NCBI GenBank assembly: GCA_002633005.1
Contig: NMRA01000001.1
Location: forward strand, 1,707,755 to 1,771,754
Length of the DNA: 64,000 bases
DNA from: Phoronis australis
Taxonomy: Eukaryota; Animalia; Phoronida
Direction: 5' to 3'
Every line of letters starts with the position of its first letter. Within the stretch, counting starts at the first letter, position 1. The notes beneath the pieces are model-generated. The model searched no databases and had not been told where the DNA came from. It saw nothing but the letters and a program-made list of their open reading frames with translations. Positions 48,772-62,286 of the stretch are shown here, one piece after another. The position numbers and the translations under genes were made by a program.

Positions 48772-49307
48772 CGCTGTCGATTTTTTTATTGCCGTTTGCT
48801 GGCTGGTAACAGTACAGGCTCTGCTCCAGTCGCACTGACGGCGTTTTCTCGGCCTGGGTTCCTGAATGAATTGTACTTCCGGGTTCGTGGCAAGTTCAAA
48901 ATGGCGGTGTTTCTTCGGGTGCGAATCGTGAGTGGCGCGTTCATTTAAACTTTTTTCGAGTACGGNAAAGCAATATGGCGGGTTTTGCCCCCTTTCCGGT
49001 GACGTCACAGTGACTAACGAGAAACTCGCAAGTGAGCTATTGTTGAAATATGCCACCACACAAGTGACAATTTGATGGCACGATGGTCATTAAACATTTA
49101 TAAAAATGCTGGGAAATAAATCTGACTGCATTAAAAACCCATACAAAATGCAGAAAGGTGTCCACCAAGCACTTCATTACCATCTGGTGACAAGGTGTAT
49201 TTCATCGTGATGCCCTTGTATTGAAATTGTACTGTTAATCCCTATAAAATCCTTCGAAAGGGTGACCTTTATATGGACGTTCCCTACCATTAGGTCCTTT
49301 ATTCTTA

Positions 49308-49819
49308 AGGCCCTTTCATATTGATTTAACTACGGTCTGAGCGGAGCGTCGACGTAAACAGCGCAGTTAACTGGACCGTTCATACTGGCTTCGGTTCCAT
49401 CGAAGTAAAGGGTTGGTGACGCTGACGTCATTGAAGTTATCGCAAGGTAGCGCTGCACGCTAAGATTTTTTTCAATGTGACAATTTGGAACATTTAAATG
49501 TGCTAAATGACATTAAACTTATTTTTAAATCGATTGGTTATCATTAAAGCAAAAAATAAGCATTTATTAGTGACGGCACTACTCTGTAACTGTTGACGAT
49601 AACAGTGGCACCTGGCAATAACTTCGATTGGACCGGAGTTAAGCGTTCATACTGCACCGCAGCATCAACGCTGCGGCGTCAACGCTGCGGTCTTAAATCC
49701 ACCTATTAACTGCGATGTTAACTGGAGCTGTTAACTGCTATCCAGGACCGGAGTTAAGCGTTCATACTGACCGCAACTCCCCAAATCATCGACGCGTTGA
49801 CGTTAGTATGAAAGGCCCT
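49308..49819. mobile_element. Same Harbinger-type MITE in duplicate copy B
   Basis: Same TIRs, TTA TSD and flanks as 41639-42150. Confidence 0.85.
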
Positions 49820-50403
49820 TTAGTGAATGAGTATCCTAAGTTTCCTGGTGCCCACCTGTCAAAGTATAGTAGTCTAGTTCCCCCTACCCCTGTGCACTTG
49901 TCGCATAGCTCTATGTACATTGCAGCCATAGCTTGCCACTTGTCAATGAAGTTGTTTTTTAATGTTGCGAGGTAAGTTGCAACACATCTGAGTGAGGCAA
50001 TCGTTCTTCAACAGAGTCTGCTGTCTGCTCAAAAGTTTGTTAGGGGCCCTATCTTTCGAATTTTAGGTCATGCACACAATACATTTAAATATTTCCACTG
50101 AAGAGGTAAGGTGACTCCTGTATGTGAGAATTACATGGTTATTCCTGCAATTTTATTGAGTGGATAGATTTCACTACGGTTGCCATGGTTGAGTGTTAAC
50201 TTTTTTATAATATTTACCCAGTGACAGGTGTGCAAATTGACTTGGTCACGCCACCAGGTGATTTTTCCCTGGTTGTTTTTAAACATCAACTGAACTACTG
50301 CATGAGTTGATTTTGATAAAACAGACTTCTAGTGCAGCAGGCACTGTAAAAGATCTGCGTTTGAAAGTGAGTAAAACATAGGTACGCTCTATATTCATAT
50401 ACC

Positions 50404-50480
50404 TGTGTGTGTGTGTGCGTGTGTGTGTGTGTGCGCGCGTGTATGTGCGCGCGTGTGTGTGCGCGCGTGCGTGCGTGTGT
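50404..50480. repeat. (TG)n/(CG) compound microsatellite, copy B
   Basis: Directly visible. Confidence 0.95.
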
Positions 50481-51375
50481 CTTGCATCATTTGTTAGAGT
50501 GGAACAGGGTTACGTTATACACAAAATGGTGGTGCATCATATGTGCCCACAATGTCTTGATATTGAATATTCCGTAAAACTGATTAAAGCTTTTGTTCCT
50601 GATGGGCATTTTTGTATGTTTCTTTTAGGCAGACGATGAAACCTTCCTATTTTCAGACGGGCTTCCCATATTTTGCATCATTTAGTTACGATACCGGAAT
50701 AGAAGCATACCGTTTCTGGTGTAGTCATGTTGCTTTTGTTTCATTGTTGAAGTGCTTTTAACGTTGTTGTGAATGGCCACATTTTTCACAACATACAATG
50801 GTTAAGTTATGATGTAGAAGTTGAACATGGAAAAGCGTTAATTTGGTGTGAAGTATCTTTCATTTAAAATCATAAAATAAAATGCCATATTGTGTCTTAA
50901 ATTGGTGAAACTTTACCGTAAGCATTTACTGGTACCTGAACAGCCTAAACGGGTACCTAAACGCCCGTTTGAGTTGCTAAAGTTTGCAGAGAGGCTTTTT
51001 ATACACTCACGTGGATGAATGTTGTCATCCCTTGCTGGAAGTTCACATGAAAATTGACATTTGGTTTCTATGGAAGACAACACGTGCTCATTTTATGGCA
51101 TATTGTATGCAGTGGCATATTTTGTACTTCAGTGTCCTCTTTGGCATATGTCTTTCTTTCTGCTAAACAATTTGAAAAATAAAATAGTAGTCAAATCGGG
51201 TAATTTGAAGGGGTCCATTTTCAACGAAAAACCTAAGTGGCGATGATTTTTGAACTAACAGTTCTTGGTAGAATGCTTTATGTTTGGCAGATTACGTTAT
51301 GTCCAGGATAGAGCTCCAGTTTTTAACCATTTTCAGTTCTGACTTGTGCAGTGTCCCCTAGTGACAATTTTATTA

Positions 51376-51532
51376 CCGTAAACGTTCGGGTAAACGCCCA
51401 TGCTCAGTTAACCGCCCACCCCCTACTTTAGGTGGATTTTCGATTTAACCGCCCACTGCTCGGTTAAGCGCCCCCCTGCGATTTTTGAAGATTTCCAGTT
51501 AAGCGCCCACCTCTCGGTTAAGCGCCCATCCC
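51376..51532 (+). mobile_element. Tc2/pogo-like MITE 5' end running into an assembly gap
   Basis: ta|ccgtaaacgttcgggtaaacgccc; absent at the equivalent site in copy A (about 43836). Confidence 0.88.
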
Positions 51533-51801
51533 NNNNNNNNNNNNNNNNNNNNNNNNNNNNNNNNNNNNNNNNNNNNNNNNNNNNNNNNNNNNNNNNNNNN
51601 NNNNNNNNNNNNNNNNNNNNNNNNNNNNNNNNNNNNNNNNNNNNNNNNNNNNNNNNNNNNNNNNNNNNNNNNNNNNNNNNNNNNNNNNNNNNNNNNNNNN
51701 NNNNNNNNNNNNNNNNNNNNNNNNNNNNNNNNNNNNNNNNNNNNNNNNNNNNNNNNNNNNNNNNNNNNNNNNNNNNNNNNNNNNNNNNNNNNNNNNNNNN
51801 N
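51533..51801. other. Assembly gap (N run)
   Basis: Run of n. Confidence 1.
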
Positions 51802-54280
51802 NTTTTTTGCCATTGTTATTGTTACTTGAACACCTTTTTCAAGTAAAATTTCATTTTTCAGAAAGGTACATTCATAGCAAATTAATGCCTGGGTCAATTT
51901 TATTAAAACCTTTTTTAAATGAAAATTTCACCAGTTACCTCAAAAGCGCTGTTAGGAATTTTTGATTAGTGTCTTAGTTTGGTTTCTGTGACAAATCCAA
52001 CTTGCAAAACGTAAGGTGTTTTTTGTGAAAAAATAGCAGTCGTATTCGTCTTTATTACATTACGCAAAAACTAGGCCTTTATATCGAAAATCCTGAGTTT
52101 TTGAGATTGATGAATAAATGTTGAGTTTGGAAAGTTTTAGTGAAATTCACTGAGCCGTTTTCGAGAACTAGTGTTCCTAAGTTTAAATTAAGTTGATTTG
52201 CCGAAGCCGAGAAAAAGCTGATTAAGTTGGGACACGTGAAAATCTCAAGGTCTGGTTAATTCTTCCGTGAAAACTTGTTTTTGGTCAATAGAACTGATGC
52301 ATGCCTTAACCTTGTTCACTATTTCAATATTCACTCTCAATGTCAATTAAATTTGCAGTACGCAATTTAATTATCGCTAAAACGTTTAATTTTGTTACCC
52401 TCTCCAGTCTGAGAGGGGGATCAACTTAAAAGTAGGTCAACAATTCACTGTTACACACACCATGCGCCAGGAGACTGATATGAAACCAAGTCTGTTAAAG
52501 CACGTGGTGAGCATGAGATGGATGAGGCGAAATGTCAAGTTTCCTATAAAATTAAGGAATTTGGGTGGGGATTTATCTCTTTTCACAACTTGCTGTGTTT
52601 GTGAGCACAAAATCAAAGAGGCATGAGGCGACTCAGAGCATTCGTTCTTAATGGTTGTATGCATGCAAACGCACAGCTCCCTCAGGATCAAAATCGTGTT
52701 TTGTCTTCGTTTTCCACGGCATCTTTCTACCTAATGTACACCCCGTTGACTCAATATTATGGCAACTCGATAAATGAAATGACTGAGGGAGTGTACTGAG
52801 CTCCTCTGTGCATAGCGGAAGATTGGATTTGAGTGACAGCCCCGTAACCTATGACCTAAGATAAGTACCAAACAAATTTCCATGCAGTTGTGCAATTCCG
52901 AGGTGGTTCTGCTCGATCTTTTTTTCTAGCTACTGGTATATGTTTTGTATCTGAAGCCCCCCGAGAATGAAGATAAGGTATTTTGTTAGATATATATGAA
53001 ATATTGTAAAACTTGACAATTTCTGTGAATAAGGTGTGAGATATTATTAAGAAAAGTTCAATAGAACATATAGACATATCTGAAATATTGTAAAAATGAC
53101 CAATTTTTGTGAATAAGGTTTGAGATATCCTAAGTTGGGGCTGGGTGTTAAACCATGCATGGGCATTTGGAAATTAAGCTCTATCCTGTTAATGGGCATC
53201 AACCCAGAGGAATGTGGTGTATATTTTGATTTGTTTCTGGTTTGCTATAAATATTTTCCGTCATGAGATTTTTAGTTACAAAGTGATAAGGTGTGTTCAT
53301 TTCCTGTGTTACGAATTGAATCGTGATCAATGGAAACTGTACCTTGAGTTTTCCAATGCTGCTACTCTTTCTCTAGTCTCAGATGTGACATTTACATTGC
53401 ATCTATGTAGTGTGGATGAATCCCTGTCATAAACAACTGATAACTCCATATATTTATGTAGTGGGTTAGGTCACGCAAAGGCCTGACTATAAATTTGTGT
53501 CTGCTCCGAATTTTATTGTCTTCGCACGCTAATGTCATGTCAATAAAAGGCTTGGATGAAATTTCTGCTTAGAAAACTCTGTCATGTAGTTGTTTTATGA
53601 TCATGATTGTAAACAGCTCATAAAGAAAAACTCTGTCATTGACAAAAGAAGTGGCCCACTCCAGGTGTACAAGTTCATTGAGTTGCTATTGAGAAAACTG
53701 GTGTCTATGAGTGCGGAAAGTGCCTGCCTAATGATATTGCCACTTATAATTGACATGTTGAGAACAGCAGGTACTAATCAATTGATTTCTTATGTTTATG
53801 TACCATGTAATGGAATAACAACAGATTGGTTGTGTGGGGTCAAGAAATGCAAATTGCAGTACAATTGTCATTTTCAGGACAGGAAACAATTATTAATTTT
53901 TAATGAACAGGATAGCCATTCTACTATTTCATTTCGGACTCTTATGGACTTTTTCTTCAACAAGATGAGTGGGTGTGTTCCGCTGTTATCACTGTCCTAA
54001 TCCAGACCAAAGGAGTACCTGGTCTACTGGGAAAATGTAACTGAGACAACAGAGAGGGGTAAACAATGTACACAAAAGTGTGTACAGCATCAGGATACTG
54101 ACTCTCTGAGCAAACTGTGGCACCCAATCCTCCAACCCATCCAATCTTAGACTCCCCACTTTAGGATGGATAAAGAGAAGACTGTATGCTGTGCTCCCTT
54201 CTTGAATANGTTTTCATTATTAAGACAATCCTGAAGGTATATGACTTTTTAGACCATAACATCTGATAATTCATAGTTTA

Positions 54281-55170
54281 TTGTGCCCACAATACACTCA
54301 GCAGATAGATAGGGGACAAGGGCACAATGAACACATGTGTATGAGCATCATACCGTCCATCTGGCGCCAGCAGCTGTTATGTGTCTCTCTAAATCTCAAT
54401 ATTCAAAGTATCTTCAAAATTGGTAGGTCATGCTGAGAAGAGGAGGGCCGACAGTTATTTTTGGACGGCTCTGACTACCGTACTGGGTTTCCCCTTGTGG
54501 CATTTTTGTGTGTTTGTCCGTTCTTCTTAGATCCTGTGCCAAGCCTTATGACAACTGTATTTCTACAAACATGACAACAAATGAGCCCTCCAGTGGTAAT
54601 TCTGTATTTTAACAGTTGCCTTTGACTCTTGACTCCTTGACGGATTATTTGAAATTTGCTGAACATGGTGGATGCAATGGTTTTGCACAACCTGGAGGCC
54701 ATTTTTATCATTTTGGTGTCTGTTTTTGGCATATTGCTCTTTGTCTCCAAAATTGCTCAAAGAATTTAGATGTGTTGTTACTGAGGAGATTGTGACTGAC
54801 CTTAATTTTCGGACAGCTCCGACTGTTCTGCCACATTCTAATGATGTTTTTTGAGTCTACAGCTGTATGGTTTAAATGCCTTATAGAATTTTTGTGAAAT
54901 TTGGCATATGTATTTTTATGGACATGATAACAAATTAATAACAATTTTTGGATGTATCCATTTTGCTTTCACCTCCAGTGGCAATATCATTTTTTACATT
55001 TTCTTCTTTATCTTCAGAGTACATTGACGGATTTTCATGAATGTGTTTCCAAGAAAGAAACAATGACATCATTCACATTTTTTAATGGATTCCGTGAATT
55101 TTATACCACCTAGTGGCCATTCTTATTGTTTTCGGAATCTGCCTCTGTGTCATTCATTGATTTTATCAAA
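54281..55170 (+). mobile_element. Degenerate HINE-like element, copy B
   Basis: Duplicate of 47874-48771. Confidence 0.55.
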
Positions 55171-56832
55171 ATTAAGGCGCTGTCGATTTTTTTTATCCCC
55201 GTTTGCTGGCTGGTAACAGTACAGGCTCTGCTCCAGTCGCACTGACGGCGTTTTCTCGGCCTGGGTTCCTGAATGAATTGTACTTCCAGGTTTGCGGCAA
55301 GTTCAAAAAAGCGGGGTTTCTTCGGGTGCGAATCGTGAGTGGCGCGTTCATTTAAACTTTTTTCGAGTACGGATCGTGTATTAGTTATGGGGTAGGTACT
55401 TCTTGGAACCTTATAACATCTTCTAACCATGTAATAAGGGTTAACAACGCGTGAGAGAAGGACTTTAAGCGCCCATCCTCGACTTTCAAATATTGAAGAC
55501 TTAGCACCCAGTTCTAAGGAAACGCGCGACTTCCCGACATTTAGATAAAGATCGATGATTAGTGGGAATGTTTAAAATATTGATCATGTATGCGATGCAA
55601 ATTGTGGGCGCACATCAAAGCATTGTGGGCAAAATATGAGATACTCTTGCTTTGGATTATTAGGTGTGTATATGACATTTTAAGTCATTTGTCATGCAAT
55701 GCCAAGGGAATGCTCAAATATAGAAACTCTTTTTCAACTAATTAACGTTAATACCATTCTGAGGATCCTGTGACAAGTTTGACATGTAGTGTCATTAGTT
55801 AATGTGGAGAATGAGTTTATGTATTAATTAAAGAGACCTACAGGGGTAGGAGTCAGCCATGCATCTTGAATACATGAAAATTTTCCTTGGCACCTGATTG
55901 CTTAATTGGGCCAACAGGCACATTGAAACTGTAAATGTCTTGCCAAGGATATAGGTATTGCTTACCAGCTGATGAAATTTCGTTGACAATGTTGGTAACC
56001 AAAAATAAATCAATTTCAACGATATAGGTGCATAGCAAGATAAAAAAGTGTTTGGGTTGCCCAAATTAAACAAACTATGAGTTGCCATCATTTTCGCTAA
56101 TTTACCACCCCCATCACCAGCATAGTTTCATCATTGGTGTTGTAAATTATTGGGGACAGGTGCAGCCTGGTCCTCTGTGTCTTATGACCTTGAATATTCG
56201 AAAATACTGTACAGATTCCCACTGTTAATTAACATGTTTGGTTCAAATTAAAAATATGGTTAACATTTAGACCACTCGTTATCTGAGTAATGTACTGGGA
56301 TATAGCAGGCAAAATCGTGAAAGATTTTGAGGTACTGTGGGTCAGTTGTCCCCATATTTTTTTTTAAAGGGTCCTTGTGTCTAGTTTGGATGCTTCAGCC
56401 AGGTGTAGGTAAATAAGCTTAATTTTCACGTCCATGAATCCAGGAATGTATAAAAATTGCTGCCCTTATTTGCAGAAATAATTCATTAATCTTGCTTGTT
56501 TAATGTTGCTACATTTTTTCTAACTAGCCTAATTATCTGTTCAAAACACTAGAATCACACTCCTTATGTCCCCACATAATACATACATCACATCACAAAA
56601 GTAATGACAGTCTTTTTTAATACTTACACATCGGAATGGGGATCATGGATTTGTAAGCAGAAACTTTATTTTATCTTTTCTTTATATAAAGTATAAAGCT
56701 CCAAAGTAATGCTTTACCAGGTACAATTTTGAAAACTTGCTGGCCGCTTACTACAGTGTAGGAAAATATTGAAAAACAAGAGAAGGGCAATTATTTTTGT
56801 CTGATATTTTTTTAAGTGTTCATCAATAACAG

Positions 56833-57415
56833 TTTTTTTAATGTTTATTACGAAATCTTCAGAATACAATGAATATACATAACCCAGAAAGCACCAAGAG
56901 GCATTAGATCTGGGTAAAAAAAATACAAAGAAGTCTATATATACAATGATTACGAATACATAAATAAAAAAACTGATGTTAAGAATACAATGATATATGA
57001 TAATGAATGAAAATAATTCATTTTCATACAGATGTATAAAATTCTATCCACTCACACTAAGAGATTTAATGTTATAAAGAAATTCTGATACTATTTCAAA
57101 TAAAACCTTATTTTCGTTTGAGTTAAGTTCTTGACATCCATACAGAAAGAAATTAATTTTGTTGTACAATTGCGGAATTTCAAAATATTTTTTATAAACA
57201 TTGGGGTAATGTTCGAGTGCCTGGAAGAGCTGTACCCTCTCCTCCTTGCATACCTCACAAGCAAAGAAAACATGAGAATATGTCTGGGTATCTCCACAGG
57301 AACACAGAGGCGAAATATTATTAAAATTATGTCTAAATTTCTCGTTGTTTAGGAATAGACCACATCTTGATCTGTATAGGGTTATTTCATGGTTGCGGGG
57401 AAGTTGGAATGATGT
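56833..57415 (-). mobile_element. 5'-truncated LINE (CR1/L2-group) ORF2 C-terminus plus 3' UTR
   Basis: ORF 57044-57430 has LYRSRCG...LNNEKFRHN...SPLCSCGDTQTYSHVFFAC (ORF2 C-terminal CxC..H..C motif); acccaga...tctgggt stem-loop at about 56882-56915; AATAAA plus A-tail on the minus strand at about 56849-56833. Confidence 0.75.
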
Positions 57416-58235
57416 CAATGGGACTGGCATTAGTCTGGAGTAGTGGTATGCATTTTAAAGTTATTTTTGAGAGTGACGATTGAAGTGCTTTCTTTTATTT
57501 TGAATGGTAAGTCAAGAAGAATTCAAATGTAAAGTCATCTCATAAATATTCAAGCAACCAGTACATTGCATGCATGTTTAAACTAGAATCTCATTATTCT
57601 CTAGTGGCAATTTTTTAGTTTAGTATTTACTTTTGGTGTCATACTTTCCATCTGCCACACTCCTTGAAGAGTGGTCATCCTATGGCAGCTCAGTTTGTGT
57701 GAACCTGAGCATTTGGTGTTGATTATTGGATTATCTCACAGCTCTCACAGCTCTCTACTGCACCCTCCCCCCAACCCCTGGTGACAATTTTCATTTCTAT
57801 TGTGGTAGGTTCAATACCTTGCGAGATTTCAGTCGAACAACCAGCCTTAGAAGTAAAGTTTACTGCTGTTGAACACTCTAATGTGTCAAATTTGTGGAAA
57901 ATGATGAGAACCCCTTATATTAAGTTCGCTATTTGTAATGCACACGGTGGGCTCATATCAATAATCTGCATTGCTCTTCATTTTCAACAACCGATACTTC
58001 CCATTGTTAAACGTAAATTTAAAAAGTGAGACGAATCCATCAGCTATAGACACAGAAAAAATTGCAACGAAATCGAAAAATAGCTGAAAGGATTCCTTTA
58101 CAACTTAACATATGAATAGTTTTACCTATTTTGAAATGAATAGTTCATATTATCCTATGTAAAATAGACTTCGCTAAAATAACCTTCTGGGAACTTAACC
58201 CTGCAGGTTCATTTAAGGTATTTGCACATCTTGTG

Positions 58236-59100
58236 ATGTGCCCACATTGCACATTTTCTCTTCCAATGTGTTTGTCCAGACTGGCGTCCACTGCTATATC
58301 TTCATAACCTCTTGATGGGTGTTCATGAAATTTTGCGAACATGTTCCTATCGTGGATCTCACAGCATGCAGTGCTGCACGGATTCAACTATTGGTGTGCC
58401 CCTAGTGTTAATTTCATTTTTTTAAAAAGAGGATGACTTAAGTCCATTTTCTGATGGGTTTGACACATATTTTGTGCACCGTAGTGGCCACTTTGGGCCT
58501 CTTTTATCTTTGAAACCGCTTGAAGGATCATTACAAAAATTAGCATAAACATAGTCTTATCGAGAAAACCATGGCTGATGTTGATTTTCAGATAGATCTG
58601 AGTGCTGTGACATCGTGGCCCTTTGCCTGCATCTCATTGCTACCATTAGTTCCTTGATGGATCTTCATGTTTGATGTGCTCCTATATAGATTTGACAGAG
58701 TGTAAAATCCTCTAATGCTGGCATTGTTTTTCTTAATGTGTATGCCACAATATCTACAAAGTTTCTCTAAATAGATGTTTAGGTAATATGGCGAATGGAT
58801 TACTATCAAGGAGACATGAGCATGTAAAATATATCACACAGCTGGCGATTTTTGATAATATCGTATTCGACTCCTATGGCGTCCCCATTTAGCATTTTTG
58901 TCTTCTTTACTGATATCTATAAAATTACTAAGTGGATCTTTCTGAATTTTGGCAAATAGTGTATCTACCGTAACAGTCAAGAGAGCTCAGCTTGACTTCA
59001 TTTTTATGAATCTGTCTAACGTGGCGCCCCCTTGTGGTAATTTTAGTGAATGCTGAACCCATGTGGCAATCTATTTTGCAGCCACATCTCCATATAATTA
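58236..59100 (+). mobile_element. Highly decayed HINE-like element
   Basis: atgtgcccaca start, ctggcgtccactgctatatc, ttcatgaaatttt and gtgcccctagtg family motifs; 3' end uncertain. Confidence 0.5.
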
Positions 59101-60371
59101 CCAAACTTGCCTGCTTGGACAGATCTGGTCGCAAAATTATGACAACACAATTTGAATGCAATATAGGGTAGTAGGAAAGGTAGCACTGGGATTCCTTTCT
59201 GGGTTAGGTTGGCTTTCAAAGAGTGGCATTAAACAATCTGAGGTTGTCTGGGGTCCTTGGTTTTAGCAACCTCCTAATGTCTGACTTTACTGAAACATTA
59301 CCCATTTTTGTGCTATTGTTAGATGAAACTGGCTTGATATAAAAAATATCTGCAGTTCGTTTTTTAAACCTCAAAATTAGACAAGAAATTTAAAGTTACC
59401 AGGTGTCCTCCAACTCGGCATTGTCTAAAGCACATGGCTCACATGGATCTGGTCTGGTGCATTGGCTTATTTGATAGGAATCATTTTAGGACAGACTAAA
59501 CCAGCTTACACAACCTGTCTGGTGACAACTCATGTTTTCATGTTAGCACACTAAATTGTGCTAGTGTTTAGTTGACTATGGTGACAAGAGCTCGAATTCC
59601 TCTGCCTTGGCCAGAGTACCTTTCTTTATGACTGAGAATGAAGGGAATTAATAGGCAAGTTGGAAAGGTTGTGTTAGAGTCATTGTGGCTCTTATGTTTG
59701 GATTATCAATCATCCATTTCAGATACTGGGTAAGGAGTTTGAACCCCTTTCCCTGTTATGCAATAGTTTCTGCCTTAGCTTTGTTTTGTCTTGAAATTTC
59801 ATTGGTTCTCTTTGGTCCTAAATTTGCATGTTGGCCAATTGCAGTGTGTTTTTAAGTGTTTCAGGGTGTTGTCTAGCTCTTTGTCTTAAGCAATCTGTAC
59901 AATTTTTTACAAGCAGAATTCTCCTTATTCAGTTCTGTTCCATCTGGTTAAAATTGTGCTTCTGTGAAGGTGTACAGTCCAGTGAGTATTTGGTAAAAAT
60001 TCTTCAGTTTGGTGGACAGGGGAAATTTCATTTTGCTAATTTCTCAAGAAAGACAACTTTTCAAAAAAATCGCTTTGCTTTTGGCATGGTTTGTGTTTTG
60101 TATTATTTGTTTTGTAATATTTTGAGCATTTGTAACAACCTGGTAATCCTCTGATTAAATAGATTTTAGTGATTATTTTTTGTTCCAGTTGAAGAATTTT
60201 TGTATTATTTGTTCCCCTTAGTGGTTCCTAAGTAACAGAACAGTGTTATCAGTTGTACGTACCTTATACTCTTCTAGTCTTCGTCTATCATATTTTGTAA
60301 CTGCTCCACATTTGCCGAGTGTTAATTCACCAGTCAGCGCTGGATTTGGAAACAGGAAACGGCTGATTGTT

Positions 60372-62286
60372 ATACGCCCACATAATTATATGTGAGTGCA
60401 TATTGCCATCATCTCTGTCTAGGTGTCTGGCGTCCGCAGCTGTATATCCTAAACACCTTGCTGGATTTTAATGAAATTTGGCAAGTGTGTTCCTCAGTGG
60501 CTGACGAAAGACGACAAGATTCGGACAGTCGTGAATACCACTGTGCCACCCAGCGGCAATTTTATTACGTTTGCCTCTACGGTATCTTCAGAGTTCCTTG
60601 ATGGTTTTCATGAAATTCGGCAAATAGGCTTTTAATGTGAAGGTGATGTCATGCCGTTCCATTTTCGGATGGATTTGACAATTTTATGCCACCTTGTGGA
60701 CATTTTTGTTATTTTTGGGTCAGTTTTCTGGTGTCCACTTCTCTAGCAGCCTTACCACTGAAAAGATCATTATAAAATTTTATAGATGTGTTGTTGATGA
60801 AAGGCTACGACTGACATTGATACGGATGGGTCCGACTACTGTATTGCTCCTAGTGGTGATTTTGTTTTTTGCGTTTGTGGCCGAATCTCCTTAACCCTTT
60901 GAAGAAGCTTTATGAAATTTGAAAGATGCTTTCCTGTGGAGCTGTCGACAAGTGGTAACAAGTGATCCAAATACCACTGCCCCCAAGTGGCAAAATGTTT
61001 TTTTACATTTGCCTCTGTCTTCGAATTTCAGTAAGGTATTTACATGAAATTTGCAAATAAGTATTTAATATAGAAGCAATGATGCCATTCCATTTTTGGA
61101 CAGATTCAACGAACTATACACCTCCTTGTGGTCATTTTTGGTATTTTTGCATCCGTTTTCTGGGGTCCGCTTCTTTATCTGCCATAACGCCCAATGGATC
61201 ATTATGAAAATACTGATATGTTGCTGATAAGAAGGCCACGACTGACGTTGGCTTTCGGACCGGTCTGACTACTGTGTCATCCCCTTATGGTGATTTTTTT
61301 GCGTCTGCAGCTGAATCTCTAACCCTTTGAAGGAGCTTTGTGAAATTTGAAAGATGTATTCCTATGCAGCCGTCAGGAAACAGTAACGGGTGTCGAACTG
61401 ATCCAAATACCACTGTGCCCCCTAGGGGCAAAATGTTTTTTTTTATGTTTGCCTCTTTATCTTTGGATTTCAGTAATGTATTTTCATGAAATTAAGCAAG
61501 TAGGTTTACATTAAGAAGATGACGCTTTCCCATTTTCAGACAGATTTGATGTAAATTCTGTGCCACCTGGTGGTCATTTTTCTTATTTTTGCATCCGTAT
61601 GCTGGCATCCACCTCCCTATCTGTCATATTGCATAGAAGACCATGAGAATTTACAGATGTGCTTCTGATTAGAAGGCCACAACTAACGTTGACATTCAGT
61701 CGATTCCGATTACTGTGTCGTCCCCAAGTGGTCTGATTTGGTTTCTTTGCGTCGGCCGAAGCTCCTTGACCCTTTGAAGGAGCTTTGTGAAATTTCAAAA
61801 ATGTGTTCCTATGGAGCCTGTGACATGTGGTAACAAATGTCGAACTAATACAATTACCACTGTTCCTCCTAGTAGCAAAATGGATTTTACATGTATCCTT
61901 GAAGCTCATGAATATATTTTAAATTTCATGAAATTCCATTAAGGAGATGACTAACGCCTTCCCATTTTCGGACATGTTTGATATTTCTGTGCTACCTGAT
62001 GGCCATTTAAAAATTTCCATGTATGTTTTTGCCAAACTCCTCAAGGGATGAAAATTCCTGATACGAAGACCCTGACTGATGTGAAATTTCCGATGTTTTT
62101 TACCATTCTGGCGTTCCTTTAGGAGGAATTTTGCGTTTTTGCATCTGCGGCTATATTTCCTTAACCCTTTTTTAGGATCTTTGCGAAATTTGGCTATAAC
62201 CAGGCTTTTAAGGAAATGGCAGGAAATCACGAGTTTTTGACCAATCGGACTATAGCGCATTTCAACGCTCCTCCATTGCTCTTGTT
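60372..62286 (+). mobile_element. Long HINE-like element with about four ~440-bp internal tandem units
   Basis: Start atacgcccacat..atgtgagtgcat; the catgaaatt unit marker recurs at about 60605, 61041, 61482 and 61924; end gcgcatttcaacgctc...ctcttgtt. Confidence 0.75.

Larger units (their letters stand above)
41371..55372. repeat. Large near-identical tandem duplication (copy A ~41371-48965, copy B ~49040-55372)
   Basis: Colinear sequence from atatgccaccacacaagtg to tttttcgagtacgg; ORFs duplicated in the track; n at 48966 at the junction. Confidence 0.95.
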
